From the IMG/VR virus record IMGVR_UViG_3300009031_000221, positions 96,001 through 160,000 of that record: a stretch of 64,000 nucleotides of DNA; one strand, given 5' to 3'. The translations under genes were made by a program, and so were the position numbers. This stretch comes from a virus. Lineage: Duplodnaviria; Caudoviricetes. The notes beneath the pieces were generated by a model that searched no databases, had not been told where the DNA came from, and saw only the letters and a list, made by a program, of their open reading frames with translations. Below, in pieces: positions 1 through 10,182 of this stretch. Within the stretch, counting starts at the first letter, position 1. Each line of letters starts with the position of its first letter.

Positions 1-264
1 AGGTTCCGTAACACCCGGCACCAACTCAGCAACCTGATCGCCAAATCCAATACCACGGATATTGTCAATGGTACGGCTCTGTGTCGGGTTGAAGCTGGAT
101 ACCACACCCATCTGATGCAACGCCTGACTGTTGCCATAGTGAGGCGTCAACAGACGCACCTTTTGGCTAACCGCAGTACGAGTGTTCGGAGACGTACCGT
201 AATCATACAGATACGAGGTTCCGCCCACGCCACCCTGTGGGTTGTTGTCCATATTTGTTGCCAT
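1..264 (-). CDS. Tail tube protein (5' part; runs off the window)
   Basis: Not in the ORF track. My translation: MATNMDNNPQGGVGGTSYLYDYGTSPNTRTAVSQKVRLL...QMGVVSSFNPTQSRTIDNIRGIGFGDQVAELVPGVTEP. It has a GGAGG RBS and lies directly downstream of the sheath gene. Confidence 0.8.
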   Translation of the reverse strand, partial: MATNMDNNPQGGVGGTSYLYDYGTSPNTRTAVSQKVRLLTPHYGNSQALHQMGVVSSFNPTQSRTIDNIRGIGFGDQVAELVPGVTEP

Positions 265-331
265 CTTGGGATCCTCCTAACGTTTCCATGCTGCATAGAG
301 CAAGTCACGACACCTTACCTGAATGGCGGCG

Positions 332-346
332 TATTGGATCACTATT
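332..346 (-). promoter_or_regulatory. Putative late promoter, near-consensus (AATAG-tgat-CCAATA)
   Basis: Variant of the RRTWG-N4-YYTAT motif, between the sheath terminator and the tube gene. Confidence 0.4.
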
Positions 347-357
347 GAGGCAAGAAC

Positions 358-395
358 TCCAAATGGGGGCCAATTCGAATTGGCCCCCATTTGGA
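358..395. terminator. Perfect 38-bp palindrome; probable terminator after the sheath gene
   Basis: tccaaatgggggccaattcgaattggcccccatttgga is its own reverse complement and starts 6 nt after the sheath stop. Confidence 0.7.
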
Positions 396-400
396 TTGCA

Positions 401-3400
401 TTACATGCTGGAGCGAACGTGGAACGTCAGCACGATGTACAGCAATGGGAATACGGGGGAATACCACGCTTCCACTTCTGCAACCGTAGGATCGTCAGCC
501 GACACGCTAGCCTTGACGCCAGCATATGCAGTGATGATTTGTGCTGCGACCATCGCCTTGAGCATCATTGACAAGCGACCTTCAATCTGGCTCATGATGC
601 CAGGAAGGAACTTGATCCCGATGAAGTTCTCCAGGACGATACGGGACTGACGCTGAATCTCATCCGCAATCATAGTGATTGTGGGGAGCTTGGACAAGAG
701 GCTAGTCATGTCCGTGGTCAAACCGTGGCGAACCTTGATGAAGGGCGCCTGATCCTGTAGAACCGTTACACCCTTGACAGCAATCTGGTTCTGCTGAACC
801 GCATCCAGTTGGCGAGCCAACTGCGTGAATCCAACCAGACGGCGACCCGTCCAAGGTGTTGCAACGTCAACGTTGGGGGATACAATCGATCCCGACAACG
901 CCGCCGCCAAGTACGGCCCGTCTACCAGGTATTCCTTGATGTTCCCTTGAGCATCCTGGATATCCAAGGTTGCCATGTCAGGGTATACCAACCGCATGCG
1001 GGTGTGGCTAATGGCCTGAGCCAAGGTCTGGACACTTTCGGGAGTCGTACCCGCAGTTGCACCAAGGATTGCCGTCCGCTCGGCCTTGTAGCGCATGCTC
1101 GACTGAATCTCACATGAACGCCTCAAGTACTGGTACAAATCAGTGCTATCGCCACGCATCAATGTGATGATGTCGGGCTGCACCTGACCTGCCAAGGGGC
1201 CTTCAAGCTCATCAATAGCATTCCGGTAAGTCGTGATGGAGGCCTGATTCTGGTCTACCTCACGAGCAACCTGCTTGATCCCGACGATGACCGCACCATT
1301 GAGGATTGCCAAGTACGCCGCCAATGACACCGGGTTGTCCGGTGTAGAAGCTCCGTAGGCCTTCTCGATGGATGACATCTTCGAGTAGAATGCCGTTGAG
1401 TAATCCTGCTTGGTGTAAACGTAGGAGACATAGTATTCATCCCCAACGCCCGGCTCCTGTCCGCCACGCTCAAATGTCTGAACAAGGCCGGTATCCCCAA
1501 CTGCCGCACCGTAAGTGTTCGCCACAACCAGTTCAACGCCAGGGATGGCATTGTGTGGCAAGTTGGCGTCCGTTACAAACGTCTTGGACACGCTAACGGT
1601 GAATGTAGCATTGGTACCAGTTGGGTAAGCGACCCAAGGCCCGTTTGGATTCGAGTGCCACCCACGCGGAAGAACCGTGAAGGTCAATCCCGTCACAAGG
1701 TCGGTGTAGGTCTGACCCACAATGCCATCCTGTCCGCCAACGCCAAATGCCGATAGCATGGACGTATTGGCAGAACCGGAACCATTTGCCATGTTAGACT
1801 TGACGTAGAATCCAGTGAGTGCTGCATCCCCAACGCCGCCCTCACCATCGAGTGCCCCAAGGCCAGTCGTGTAACGCAAAGCGTTGGCTACATCGCTAGT
1901 CGTGTCATGCACCGTGATGCTGGAAGATGTACCCAATCCCGTCTGAAGGGCAGGCAAATCCTGGATGTAGAGGTATTCAGCCCCCGTGTCATCTACCACC
2001 GTGGTTGCAACGGCATACTTGCCGAAGTGGTTAGCATCGGAAGAAGTCGGATCAAGTGCCCACGAACCAAATGCCGTTTCCACGTCTGACATCAATGCGG
2101 CAGCCAACTGTGCAGCACTTGTTGTTGCACGAAGAGCAGTTTGACCTTCCGCAAACCCAAGAAGGCTTTGTGCCGAACCCGCCATGATGGTTACGCGAGA
2201 AAGCGTATCGGTACGGCTCGACATAAGTCGAATACCAACGCCTTCCTGACGAACCAACTTAGCAGCAATGACTGCGGCAACATTCCCAAACGGGGCCCCA
2301 GGGACTCCCGCCACTGCCGCAACGATGAACCCTAGAATCGAGGTTACATCCGTTACTGGACCCAGGCTATAAGCAGTACCGGCACCGGCATTCGTGTCCA
2401 AGAAGTCCACAGCAACCGCATAACCATCCAACTCAAAGTTGAACTTGTTGTTTGCAGCCCGTGCCCCCGTTCCGTCGTAGAACGTAACGAGGGGTTCCTT
2501 GGTTACTGCATCCTGCCCGCCCATCAATGTGATAGCACCCGCCAAGGTTGCAGCATGTGCCGCCGCAGACGATCCAGAAGGACTCGTCATGCCTACGGTC
2601 AAACCAGCATGTGTATTGCTGGACTTCACCGTTACTCCGCCTTGAGCAACGAACGTATCAGGAGCCATCGAACCGCTATTTCCGCCAGGGAGGATACGGT
2701 TACGGATGAGCAAACGATCGTACAACTGATCCCCGGCGCCCGTGCATACCTTCGTCCAAGCTACCGTGCCTTGGATGAGGGCTGCCTGCCCGCGACCTAC
2801 TCCAGTAGGTCCAGCATCGATACCTGCCAGGATAGCGAAGTCTGCGGTTGCCGCTACAACACCGCTAATGAACTGCAAGTACCCTACGGATGACACACCG
2901 GGCAACTGGAGTTGGAACTGAAGATGCCCGTCCCCATTTGCCGTGCACTCGATGACCAAACCCTTGTAGGTAACTGCCAAGGTCGCAACCTGTGTTGCCA
3001 AAGCCGCGCTAACCGCAGTCGCCAAGGAGGCGGCATCCGCGTAAGTTGCCGGTGCAATGGTTGCGGTCAACACAGCCGTAACGCCCGGGGTATTGCCCTG
3101 GTACATGAATACCAATTGGTCAAACTTACCGGCAGCAATAGTTACAGGGCCGTCAAATACGGCTGTAGCTACCAATGCGGCGCGTGCAGCCGGATTGTAA
3201 ACGTAGTAAGCATCCCCAGCTACAGGCAATGCCAGTGCGTCCCAATCCCCCACCAAACTTGCAGTTTGCGTTGCCGCATCATATGCAGAAATGGTATAGG
3301 CCTTGCCTTCCGTAACCGTAGAAGCCGCATTATGACCCGTCACAAGGATCCAATCCTTGTAGTAATCATCATGGTCATGTGCCCCAGCTACAAGCACTGC

Positions 3401-5713
3401 TTTCGCGGGCACGGCGCCTGCGATGAGGGAGGATCCCGCCTGGAATGTACCTTGGCTACCGCCTGCGGCCTCATTGATTGCGCTAGCGAAGTCCGCAATG
3501 GTGGCACTTGGAACCGTACGGGTCTTGACAGGAACATCAACTCCATCGAGTTCAAGGTTGAACTGCTCCCCGTCAATGTCATAACCCAAACCAGGGTCTA
3601 CAGCAGCACCACCCTCGTAAACGATTTCATCGCTAACAAGGCATCCGAAGAATGATCCAACTTGCAATGCCACACCGGAGGGGGACGACAAATTAATACC
3701 AACACCGCTTGGCAAGGCTACAGCATGTGCCGTGATAGCCAAGTGGTCGGACTTGCCCACGATGAATTCGTAAGGGCCGGCGCCAGGGAATGTAAAGCGT
3801 GCAGGGCTTGCAACACGATTCTCAAACCGAATCGTTGCGATTTCCTCGACCGGGCCAAGGAAATTATCGGTGTTGCTAGGAGCCTCAAATCGCAGATCAG
3901 GAGTCAACTCCGAACCTGAAGGGAACTCCAGGGTCACGCCGGTCAAAGACACACCCTTTGATGCCGTTGCATACTTCGGAACCAGGACATCTTCCTGACC
4001 CGAGTTCTGCATCGTGTAGGTGCCGGTACCAGACACACCTGAATTCTGAACCGTCAACGTGTACGTTTCATCCGTCAAGGTGTTGTAGTACAACGTCGCA
4101 TAGACCTTCGCTCCCACAGGGACAGGCTCTGCCAAGGTAATGACCAAGCCATCAACCTTGAGTACTTCAACCTTGCCACGAGACAACGCATCATTGACAT
4201 CGAAGCCCCAATATGCCCAGATAACATCGGGACGATTGACAGGCAAGTCGATACGGCCATTGGATACCGTTTGGAACAATGACTGTCCAAGGGGGGTATT
4301 GCGCCCATTACCTAGCGTGGGCTGAACAGGCAAAATGAAATCATAGTGCGTCTCGGTTGCAATGCCGCCGGACTGCGATACGAAGGGAGCACAATCAGCC
4401 AGGAACATCTGATTGTCTACCAGAGTCGTGGTGATTTGCGTATCCCCGAACTTGGTCGAACCCAGAGTCGTAACCCCGTTTTCAACGGTTGCCGCGGTAC
4501 CCCACAGAATCTTGTCGTTCTGGAGAATGAAATCCGCGCCCTGAACAAAGCTGTTACCCCCGGGAACTTCGCCACAGCGAGTCACCGAAGTGACGCCAAT
4601 GTGTGCAAGGTAATCGAACGTGTCCTGCCAAGTATTGAAGTAGTACTGAATCGTGACCTTTGCACCAGCCTTAGGGGCCTGTGCCAACGTCACTGCCCGA
4701 GTAGCACCATTCACACTGACCGGGATAACCTGCTTGTTGTTGACCTTCACCGTGACGTGTGCAGGATCGGTGGTTTGAACACCGCCATTGCTTCCGTCTA
4801 CAATCGGGCCGTTGAACGTGTAGAATGTCACCGTGCGGGTATCCGCCTGTCCCGACAACAATCCCAGCAATCCGTTTGCCGTAGCATCCTTGACAGCCAA
4901 GCTATTATCAGAACGCAACATCAATGCCGACATTCCGTATTGGTTGACAAACGTGCTAGCCGTAAGGGTGCCAATATTGAGTGCCGTGATAGCGGCAGCC
5001 AACTGTGCCATCGTGTAATCCGCCTTCGGGCGAATAGCGGTCACATATTCCGTGCCGTCCACAACAAGATACAACCCATTGTTTGCCGGAACCGACACTA
5101 CTCCGCTCAGGAGGATATCGCCATGCAAATCAATGGTTGCCGTCCCGCCTACAGCAAGGTCATTCAAACCGGATACGGCATGAACGGTAGCTTGACGGTT
5201 TGGAACCTGTGCGGATACGTCATCCGTGATTAGATTGTCCGTACGCTTGAAGAAGTAGGTGCAACGAACTACATCCGTTGCCAAAGGTGCCTGAGCCAAC
5301 TGAACAATGCCCGTTGAACCCGTCACAGCACGCACAACAATGGGTTGACCATTAATTGTGATTGCTACGTCCGTGCGATTGGTTGTGACCGTGCCATTGC
5401 CTTGGCCATTTGTGATAGGGAACTGACGAACCCGAATCTTGTCCAGGACACCATCAAAGTTCCCAAGGGTCACAACACCGGTTTGCGATACTGATACAAC
5501 GGCACGACCAGTTTCGTCCTCATCCACAATCCGCTGATCCTCAATCGTGCTGGATCCACGTACCATGTGAAGGTCCGTTTGGACCAAGGACTCGCTGCCT
5601 TCCCCAACAATTACAGGAAGCTTGAATGTATCCAACCCCCCATTAACAGGGGATTCAAATTGCGTTTGGGTATAAACGCTAGGGGGAGCATAGGTGCTGC
5701 CTGGGAATGCCAT
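401..5713 (-). CDS. Contractile tail sheath protein with very large insertion domains (1770 aa)
   Basis: C-terminal sheath-type core (ERTAILG...RMRLVYPD...YLAAALSG...GVTVL...VRHGLTTD...VEAWYSPVFPLLYIVLTF), N-terminal PSVYTQT motif, and adjacent to the tube gene. Confidence 0.9.
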   Translation of the reverse strand: MAFPGSTYAPPSVYTQTQFESPVNGGLDTFKLPVIVGEGSESLVQTDLHMVRGSSTIEDQRIVDEDETGRAVVSVSQTGVVTLGNFDGVLDKIRVRQFPITNGQGNGTVTTNRTDVAITINGQPIVVRAVTGSTGIVQLAQAPLATDVVRCTYFFKRTDNLITDDVSAQVPNRQATVHAVSGLNDLAVGGTATIDLHGDILLSGVVSVPANNGLYLVVDGTEYVTAIRPKADYTMAQLAAAITALNIGTLTASTFVNQYGMSALMLRSDNSLAVKDATANGLLGLLSGQADTRTVTFYTFNGPIVDGSNGGVQTTDPAHVTVKVNNKQVIPVSVNGATRAVTLAQAPKAGAKVTIQYYFNTWQDTFDYLAHIGVTSVTRCGEVPGGNSFVQGADFILQNDKILWGTAATVENGVTTLGSTKFGDTQITTTLVDNQMFLADCAPFVSQSGGIATETHYDFILPVQPTLGNGRNTPLGQSLFQTVSNGRIDLPVNRPDVIWAYWGFDVNDALSRGKVEVLKVDGLVITLAEPVPVGAKVYATLYYNTLTDETYTLTVQNSGVSGTGTYTMQNSGQEDVLVPKYATASKGVSLTGVTLEFPSGSELTPDLRFEAPSNTDNFLGPVEEIATIRFENRVASPARFTFPGAGPYEFIVGKSDHLAITAHAVALPSGVGINLSSPSGVALQVGSFFGCLVSDEIVYEGGAAVDPGLGYDIDGEQFNLELDGVDVPVKTRTVPSATIADFASAINEAAGGSQGTFQAGSSLIAGAVPAKAVLVAGAHDHDDYYKDWILVTGHNAASTVTEGKAYTISAYDAATQTASLVGDWDALALPVAGDAYYVYNPAARAALVATAVFDGPVTIAAGKFDQLVFMYQGNTPGVTAVLTATIAPATYADAASLATAVSAALATQVATLAVTYKGLVIECTANGDGHLQFQLQLPGVSSVGYLQFISGVVAATADFAILAGIDAGPTGVGRGQAALIQGTVAWTKVCTGAGDQLYDRLLIRNRILPGGNSGSMAPDTFVAQGGVTVKSSNTHAGLTVGMTSPSGSSAAAHAATLAGAITLMGGQDAVTKEPLVTFYDGTGARAANNKFNFELDGYAVAVDFLDTNAGAGTAYSLGPVTDVTSILGFIVAAVAGVPGAPFGNVAAVIAAKLVRQEGVGIRLMSSRTDTLSRVTIMAGSAQSLLGFAEGQTALRATTSAAQLAAALMSDVETAFGSWALDPTSSDANHFGKYAVATTVVDDTGAEYLYIQDLPALQTGLGTSSSITVHDTTSDVANALRYTTGLGALDGEGGVGDAALTGFYVKSNMANGSGSANTSMLSAFGVGGQDGIVGQTYTDLVTGLTFTVLPRGWHSNPNGPWVAYPTGTNATFTVSVSKTFVTDANLPHNAIPGVELVVANTYGAAVGDTGLVQTFERGGQEPGVGDEYYVSYVYTKQDYSTAFYSKMSSIEKAYGASTPDNPVSLAAYLAILNGAVIVGIKQVAREVDQNQASITTYRNAIDELEGPLAGQVQPDIITLMRGDSTDLYQYLRRSCEIQSSMRYKAERTAILGATAGTTPESVQTLAQAISHTRMRLVYPDMATLDIQDAQGNIKEYLVDGPYLAAALSGSIVSPNVDVATPWTGRRLVGFTQLARQLDAVQQNQIAVKGVTVLQDQAPFIKVRHGLTTDMTSLLSKLPTITMIADEIQRQSRIVLENFIGIKFLPGIMSQIEGRLSMMLKAMVAAQIITAYAGVKASVSADDPTVAEVEAWYSPVFPLLYIVLTFHVRSSM

Positions 5714-5868
5714 TGGATACCTCTTCTAATCGAACCACGCATAATCGCGGATGTTTAGCCCAAAAGATGATGTATCCGTATATCTATCCAGCCTCCTAAG
5801 AGGTGGGATGGTGCTGTAGCACCACCATTGATGAGACAATATCAAACCTCTACCGAGCCCCCGGCAAT

Positions 5869-6321
5869 TCAGGGTGCCGTATTTTGCTTCTTACGTGCTT
5901 TCTCTTGGGCATCCATTGCCAATGCATTGATGGTAAATGCCCTTGCATGAATCTGCTTCTCCTCAGGCTTCATCACCCTGTAGGAACCGTCAGGATTCAA
6001 TGACAGATCATAGGAGGAAGCCCCGGGATTTGATCGGAGTTCCTTTTCCTTAATTGCATTCCGGTCATCGATAGCCTTCCAACCCTTATGGGCATCGGCT
6101 CCAATGACACGATCAATATTCGCATCAATCTCGGATACGCCCGTATTCTGTGGTCCCATACCATCCGTGGTCAATGCGAACACCCCACTTACACCGGCAG
6201 GAAGGTGCCGAGGAGCATCATGGCCACAATCCGGACACTTCTTGGGCTTGTTGTGATCCGTCATAGACGCGAAAGCCTCGAACCTAACCCCACAATCACA
6301 TTGAAAATCGTAGCTTGGCAT
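5869..6321 (-). CDS. FmdB-family zinc-ribbon protein
   Basis: N-terminus MPSYDFQCDCGVRFE...CPDCG matches the FmdB MPxYxYxCxxC...CPxCG pattern. Confidence 0.75.
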   Translation of the reverse strand: MPSYDFQCDCGVRFEAFASMTDHNKPKKCPDCGHDAPRHLPAGVSGVFALTTDGMGPQNTGVSEIDANIDRVIGADAHKGWKAIDDRNAIKEKELRSNPGASSYDLSLNPDGSYRVMKPEEKQIHARAFTINALAMDAQEKARKKQNTAP

Positions 6322-6332
6322 GCGTATAACCT

Positions 6333-7532
6333 CTACTTGATAGTCTCGAAGGTGTCCGTTCTACCGGAAAAGAATGGATCTACCAGTGTATCCAATCCAA
6401 GGGATTCTAGATTCTGAATGTTGTTCTTTTGCTGCGCTACTTCCTCATCCGTCATTCCCGCCGCTAATTTGGCCTGATCCAAACTCAATGGCGAGGCTTG
6501 CCGCAAGAAAATACCCAGAGGCACATGGACAGACCAAGCTGTAGAAACAGTCAATGAAAAGGATGAATTGAAGAAGTAATCATCTCCGTTCTCATCGTAG
6601 ATTTCCTCGGATTCCCCACCCATCGTAAGGTCGGTCATTTCCAACCCCTCAGTGGAAAGATACGGGCGGAGAACACCCCACAAGTAAACAACCGTCTGAT
6701 CCTGAATTTCCTGTTGTGCGTATACGTCACGGGACAACACATCGAAGTCCATCGAGATGTCCCAGGCCCCGCCATATTCCAGCGCTGCAGGACGCCGAAT
6801 ATCCTGCACTACAACCGACATACGGTCACCCTTAGCATTCCGTTTCCCGAAGGCGACGACGCATCCAGGGATGACCATATGATTCGCCCTGCCAGGATAT
6901 AGAACGTGTGGGCCAGTGGATTCACCCGGATAGCGATAATCCGCCGACAACCAACGCCCATTATCTACAGGTTGGACTAGTTCAATTTCCCCCGTGGGTT
7001 TTCCATCAGGCCCGCGAATGACCGTGTAATTTGTTCCTTCGTACAACTGATATCGTGCCGGCATTTCATATAGCCGCAGCGTGCCATCGTGGAATGCATG
7101 CGTTGTCATCGCTTCCGTAGTGGATGGCATCATTACCTGTTCATGGTACACATCATAGAGTGGGTCAACGTAGAATTCCTCATCCTCCGTTAACTCAATG
7201 AAGTAGATTCCTGGAGGGGAAGGGAACTGTCCGCCATTATTCTGAATGGCTACCTCATCCTCCCGAACCCATTCAACGGCTACGCCCGGGAAATTCTTTA
7301 CCTTGGTCAGGTAAACGTAGGAGTTCACCACACCGATGAAGTTATCCGCCGCAAAGTCTACACGGCTACCACCACTAGTCTTGACGATGATGCCAAATGA
7401 AGGACGTTCCTTGTACGAATATTTCCCCTGAATGTGATCCGAAAGATCAGGATATCGAGGATGGTACTGCCAATACCGTCTCAACTCCTCAATAAATCTA
7501 CGTTTTAGCGCCTCGGTCAATCTGAAGTAAAT
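6333..7532 (-). CDS. Virion structural protein (tail completion/terminator-like); probable ATT start at 7532 (track start TTG 7520)
   Basis: Long ORF in the neck/tail cluster just upstream of the sheath. The GGAAGG RBS lies 6 nt before ATT-TAC-TTC-AGA-TTG. The function is inferred from position. Confidence 0.5.
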   Translation of the reverse strand: MYFRLTEALKRRFIEELRRYWQYHPRYPDLSDHIQGKYSYKERPSFGIIVKTSGGSRVDFAADNFIGVVNSYVYLTKVKNFPGVAVEWVREDEVAIQNNGGQFPSPPGIYFIELTEDEEFYVDPLYDVYHEQVMMPSTTEAMTTHAFHDGTLRLYEMPARYQLYEGTNYTVIRGPDGKPTGEIELVQPVDNGRWLSADYRYPGESTGPHVLYPGRANHMVIPGCVVAFGKRNAKGDRMSVVVQDIRRPAALEYGGAWDISMDFDVLSRDVYAQQEIQDQTVVYLWGVLRPYLSTEGLEMTDLTMGGESEEIYDENGDDYFFNSSFSLTVSTAWSVHVPLGIFLRQASPLSLDQAKLAAGMTDEEVAQQKNNIQNLESLGLDTLVDPFFSGRTDTFETIK

Positions 7533-7544
7533 GGCACACCTTCC

Positions 7545-7703
7545 TTAGTAGCTGAAAACTCGCCATCCCCATCCTTGGGTCTTGGCAAAATCTTCCCCCA
7601 CTTTGACTTTGGCAAGCAGCTTTCCTTGCCATTTGCTGTACTTTGTCAACAACGCCAAAGGTTTGATCTCCTCCAGCACTTTCGAACCATCGCCATAAGT
7701 AAT
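7545..7703 (-). CDS. Small hypothetical protein (52 aa, probable ATT start)
   Basis: Fills the gap between two genes: ITYGDGSKVLEEIKPLALLTKYSKWQGKLLAKVKVGEDFAKTQGWGWRVFSY. GAGGA lies 7 nt upstream of ATT and there is no in-frame ATG. Confidence 0.45.
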   Translation of the reverse strand: MTYGDGSKVLEEIKPLALLTKYSKWQGKLLAKVKVGEDFAKTQGWGWRVFSY

Positions 7704-7706
7704 CAG

Positions 7707-8132
7707 TTAATCCTCGATCGTCCGATTGGCACGTTTGGATTTGGGCTTCGGTTTCGTATCTACTTCGTCGAAGATTTCATCAATCTTCGAATCGATATCC
7801 ATTTCAGGTTCTACCGTCACGGGTGCCGGAACAAATGACCGTGGGGCAACGACAGGGGTCACATGAACCGTGGGAAGTATCTCAGGCGCTACGGGTCGCG
7901 GCACCACAACGATAGGCCCGCGACGGGGTTTCCCTACAGCGGGGTTTCGTACCTCGCGAGCACGCTGAACATACTGGACGGCTACACCATTGACTCGAGC
8001 AACCCGAATCAAATCCTGAGACTTCCGGGCCGTGTCCTCATCAAGGTAGACGATATCGCCCCGGGTCAAATTCAAACCCAGATCCGCAATGATGATATGC
8101 GGGCATGTACATGTGATTCTAGCTTCAACCAT
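7707..8132 (-). CDS. Hypothetical protein
   Basis: ORF packed in the operon, overlapping the upstream gene end; Pro-rich C-terminal half. Confidence 0.65.
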   Translation of the reverse strand: MVEARITCTCPHIIIADLGLNLTRGDIVYLDEDTARKSQDLIRVARVNGVAVQYVQRAREVRNPAVGKPRRGPIVVVPRPVAPEILPTVHVTPVVAPRSFVPAPVTVEPEMDIDSKIDEIFDEVDTKPKPKSKRANRTIED

Positions 8133-8742
8133 TTTGAATCATCCCCTTGACCAAATTGACACACGCCTTTCGTCCATTCCGAATTGCTGTCTCAAAGAAT
8201 GTGAACTTCGCAATACCAGGGTGAATCCAAGCATCCGCCACCTTCAATGGCGCCGTGCGAAACTCTACATTTCCCCCCACCTGAATAGGAACAATAAGTG
8301 GCATCCGCTTCCTACTTGCCCGGTTCATCCCCAACTTCTTCTCTCTTGGCGTCAAAGGAAAGTCCGCAGGTTTCATTGTCTTGCGACTTTGTGTCAACCA
8401 AGTCATACGCCGACTTGGAATATTCCCGTGTGCCAGTTCCTTCATCCCATAAAAGGATGACCGGATTTCAATGTCCTTTCCCATTATTTTGAATGAAAAT
8501 GAATCCCAAATATCAGGCCCACCCATCGGGTCATGCCCGTTCCATCCGCGTTTCGAGAAATACTTCTTGGATTCCCTTGACAACGTATCTACCATACACT
8601 TGCCCAAGGCGTTCATCATCTTTGGGTTCAACTTAGTCCCTGCCATAATGGACCACAACTGCCCTCGAATTACATGAATGCGGACAGGAACTAGTTTGTT
8701 CTTCGGTGCTCCTCCCGGAGGTTTGATTCCGCCTATTGCCAT
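8125..8742 (-). CDS. Basic virion morphogenesis protein (possibly neck/tail-completion)
   Basis: Operon-packed ORF between the neck gene and the tail genes. The function is inferred from synteny only. Confidence 0.55.
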   Translation of the reverse strand: MAIGGIKPPGGAPKNKLVPVRIHVIRGQLWSIMAGTKLNPKMMNALGKCMVDTLSRESKKYFSKRGWNGHDPMGGPDIWDSFSFKIMGKDIEIRSSFYGMKELAHGNIPSRRMTWLTQSRKTMKPADFPLTPREKKLGMNRASRKRMPLIVPIQVGGNVEFRTAPLKVADAWIHPGIAKFTFFETAIRNGRKACVNLVKGMIQNG

Positions 8743-8751
8743 AGATTACGC

Positions 8752-10176
8752 CTACTTGTTGATGTTATCCCATACTGGCGTGCGGCCTCTAGGCTCTTGT
8801 TCCTTGGGCCATCCTGCCTTGTCCGTAATCATTGGAAGCTGATTATCAGGCCCCTCAGGATAAGGATTCGTGATAGGCTGTTCACCACTAATGAACGGGG
8901 GCGCAATCGGAAGGGAACCGTCCTGTGGAACAGGGGGCATGTAAGCATTCCCATATCGAGTCTGGGGCACGGTGTACTGATCCGTACCATCAATCGGAAC
9001 ACGATATCGAATGTCCACCTCATCCAGGTAGGCGATATTGAAATGCTGCTGAAGGACATTGCCTCGATTGGAAGGCCTGCGAACCGCCCCGATGCTGAAT
9101 CGTTCATTGTTCTGTTTGACGATGAAATCCCGCATGGTCACAATCGGGCTAGGAATCGTCCATACCTCATAGGTATGCTCCCGACGCCGACCCGTTGGCG
9201 TTTGCGATATCCTTTGTTCTGCATCATCCGGGGCAATCAAACAGTCATAGGGACCTTCATAACCCCCCACAAACCCTGTCCCGTAGCATGTCGTGCATCG
9301 GTTTGATGGTTGGTTGCTGTACTCCCGTGTCCGATCATCCAACTTGCAGGTGCAAGCAACACCGGATTGCTTACGGACAAATACCTTTACCGCCTCTCCA
9401 CCCTGTTGCAGAATCCAGTGGTTCCTTCGCACCGCTTCCCGCCAGATATAATCCAAGGTCTCGGTAGCGGCGGGCGTGATGGGCTGGCAGTAAACGAGAT
9501 CCGTTTCCCGATAGCCACTAGGAGTGGACGGATCCAATACCACGGTCGCCAATCGATAATGCAGTACCGTGCCTAGTCCAGTACGCACATGATTCCGATT
9601 GGCATAGTAGGAAACCTCTACTACGGTGTTCTCGTCCGGTATAGCGGCGCCCTCGAACTTCTCCGTTGCCTGATTCCACGTCGCCTGATTGATCAGCGTA
9701 ATTTCCCCAGACGGGCCAAATACATCGTGAACAGGTGTTTCCACCCCGTCAATGTACAATGTCACATCCGAAACGGCGTTGGCAGCCGTTGGGGTTTGGT
9801 ACGGTGCGTGTGCGATCTTCTTGACAATAGGGTGCTGTGTACGAAACTTCCAACGCCTATTATTTGGGAGGTGCCCCTTGGAATCCCATGCGGTATTCCA
9901 ATCCACCACTTCCCGTTCAATGAATAAATTCGCCGTGAAGTCCCGATAGAATGTGCCGCCTACAGGGAACTCATTGAGCCGGAAATAGGGGCCTCGATCG
10001 GACGCATCCGATCGATATACATTGACCCCTACTATCGTAAACAATGAGTTCCCTGCCAGCAATGCAGGATTATCCCAACGGATATCCAGGACACCCTGTA
10101 TGAAGGGCGATACCGCTTGCCCGTTTATTGGGGATAGCGGTTGACTTCCCGTCCCTGGATCCCATCCTTGACTCAT
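8752..10176 (-). CDS. Neck / head-closure protein
   Basis: WILQQGGEAVKVFVRK...CTC...CTTCYGTGFVGGY zinc-binding motif typical of large myovirus neck proteins, plus an N-terminal Ig/FN3-like part. Confidence 0.6.
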   Translation of the reverse strand: MSQGWDPGTGSQPLSPINGQAVSPFIQGVLDIRWDNPALLAGNSLFTIVGVNVYRSDASDRGPYFRLNEFPVGGTFYRDFTANLFIEREVVDWNTAWDSKGHLPNNRRWKFRTQHPIVKKIAHAPYQTPTAANAVSDVTLYIDGVETPVHDVFGPSGEITLINQATWNQATEKFEGAAIPDENTVVEVSYYANRNHVRTGLGTVLHYRLATVVLDPSTPSGYRETDLVYCQPITPAATETLDYIWREAVRRNHWILQQGGEAVKVFVRKQSGVACTCKLDDRTREYSNQPSNRCTTCYGTGFVGGYEGPYDCLIAPDDAEQRISQTPTGRRREHTYEVWTIPSPIVTMRDFIVKQNNERFSIGAVRRPSNRGNVLQQHFNIAYLDEVDIRYRVPIDGTDQYTVPQTRYGNAYMPPVPQDGSLPIAPPFISGEQPITNPYPEGPDNQLPMITDKAGWPKEQEPRGRTPVWDNINK

Positions 10177-10182
10177 ACTTCC

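Noticed and set aside
809-5233. Plus-strand ORFs opposite the sheath, plus other long antisense ORFs (43029-44309, 41334-42077, 46930-47709)
   Set aside because: These are shadow frames of strongly coding minus-strand genes, with no RBS context or recognisable motifs.
6333-8132. Stop-codon recoding (three in-frame ORFs separated by TAA)
   Set aside because: TAA, TAG and TGA all end well-defined genes elsewhere (sheath TAA, RNB TAG, many ATGA overlaps). Separate SD-led starts explain the layout better.
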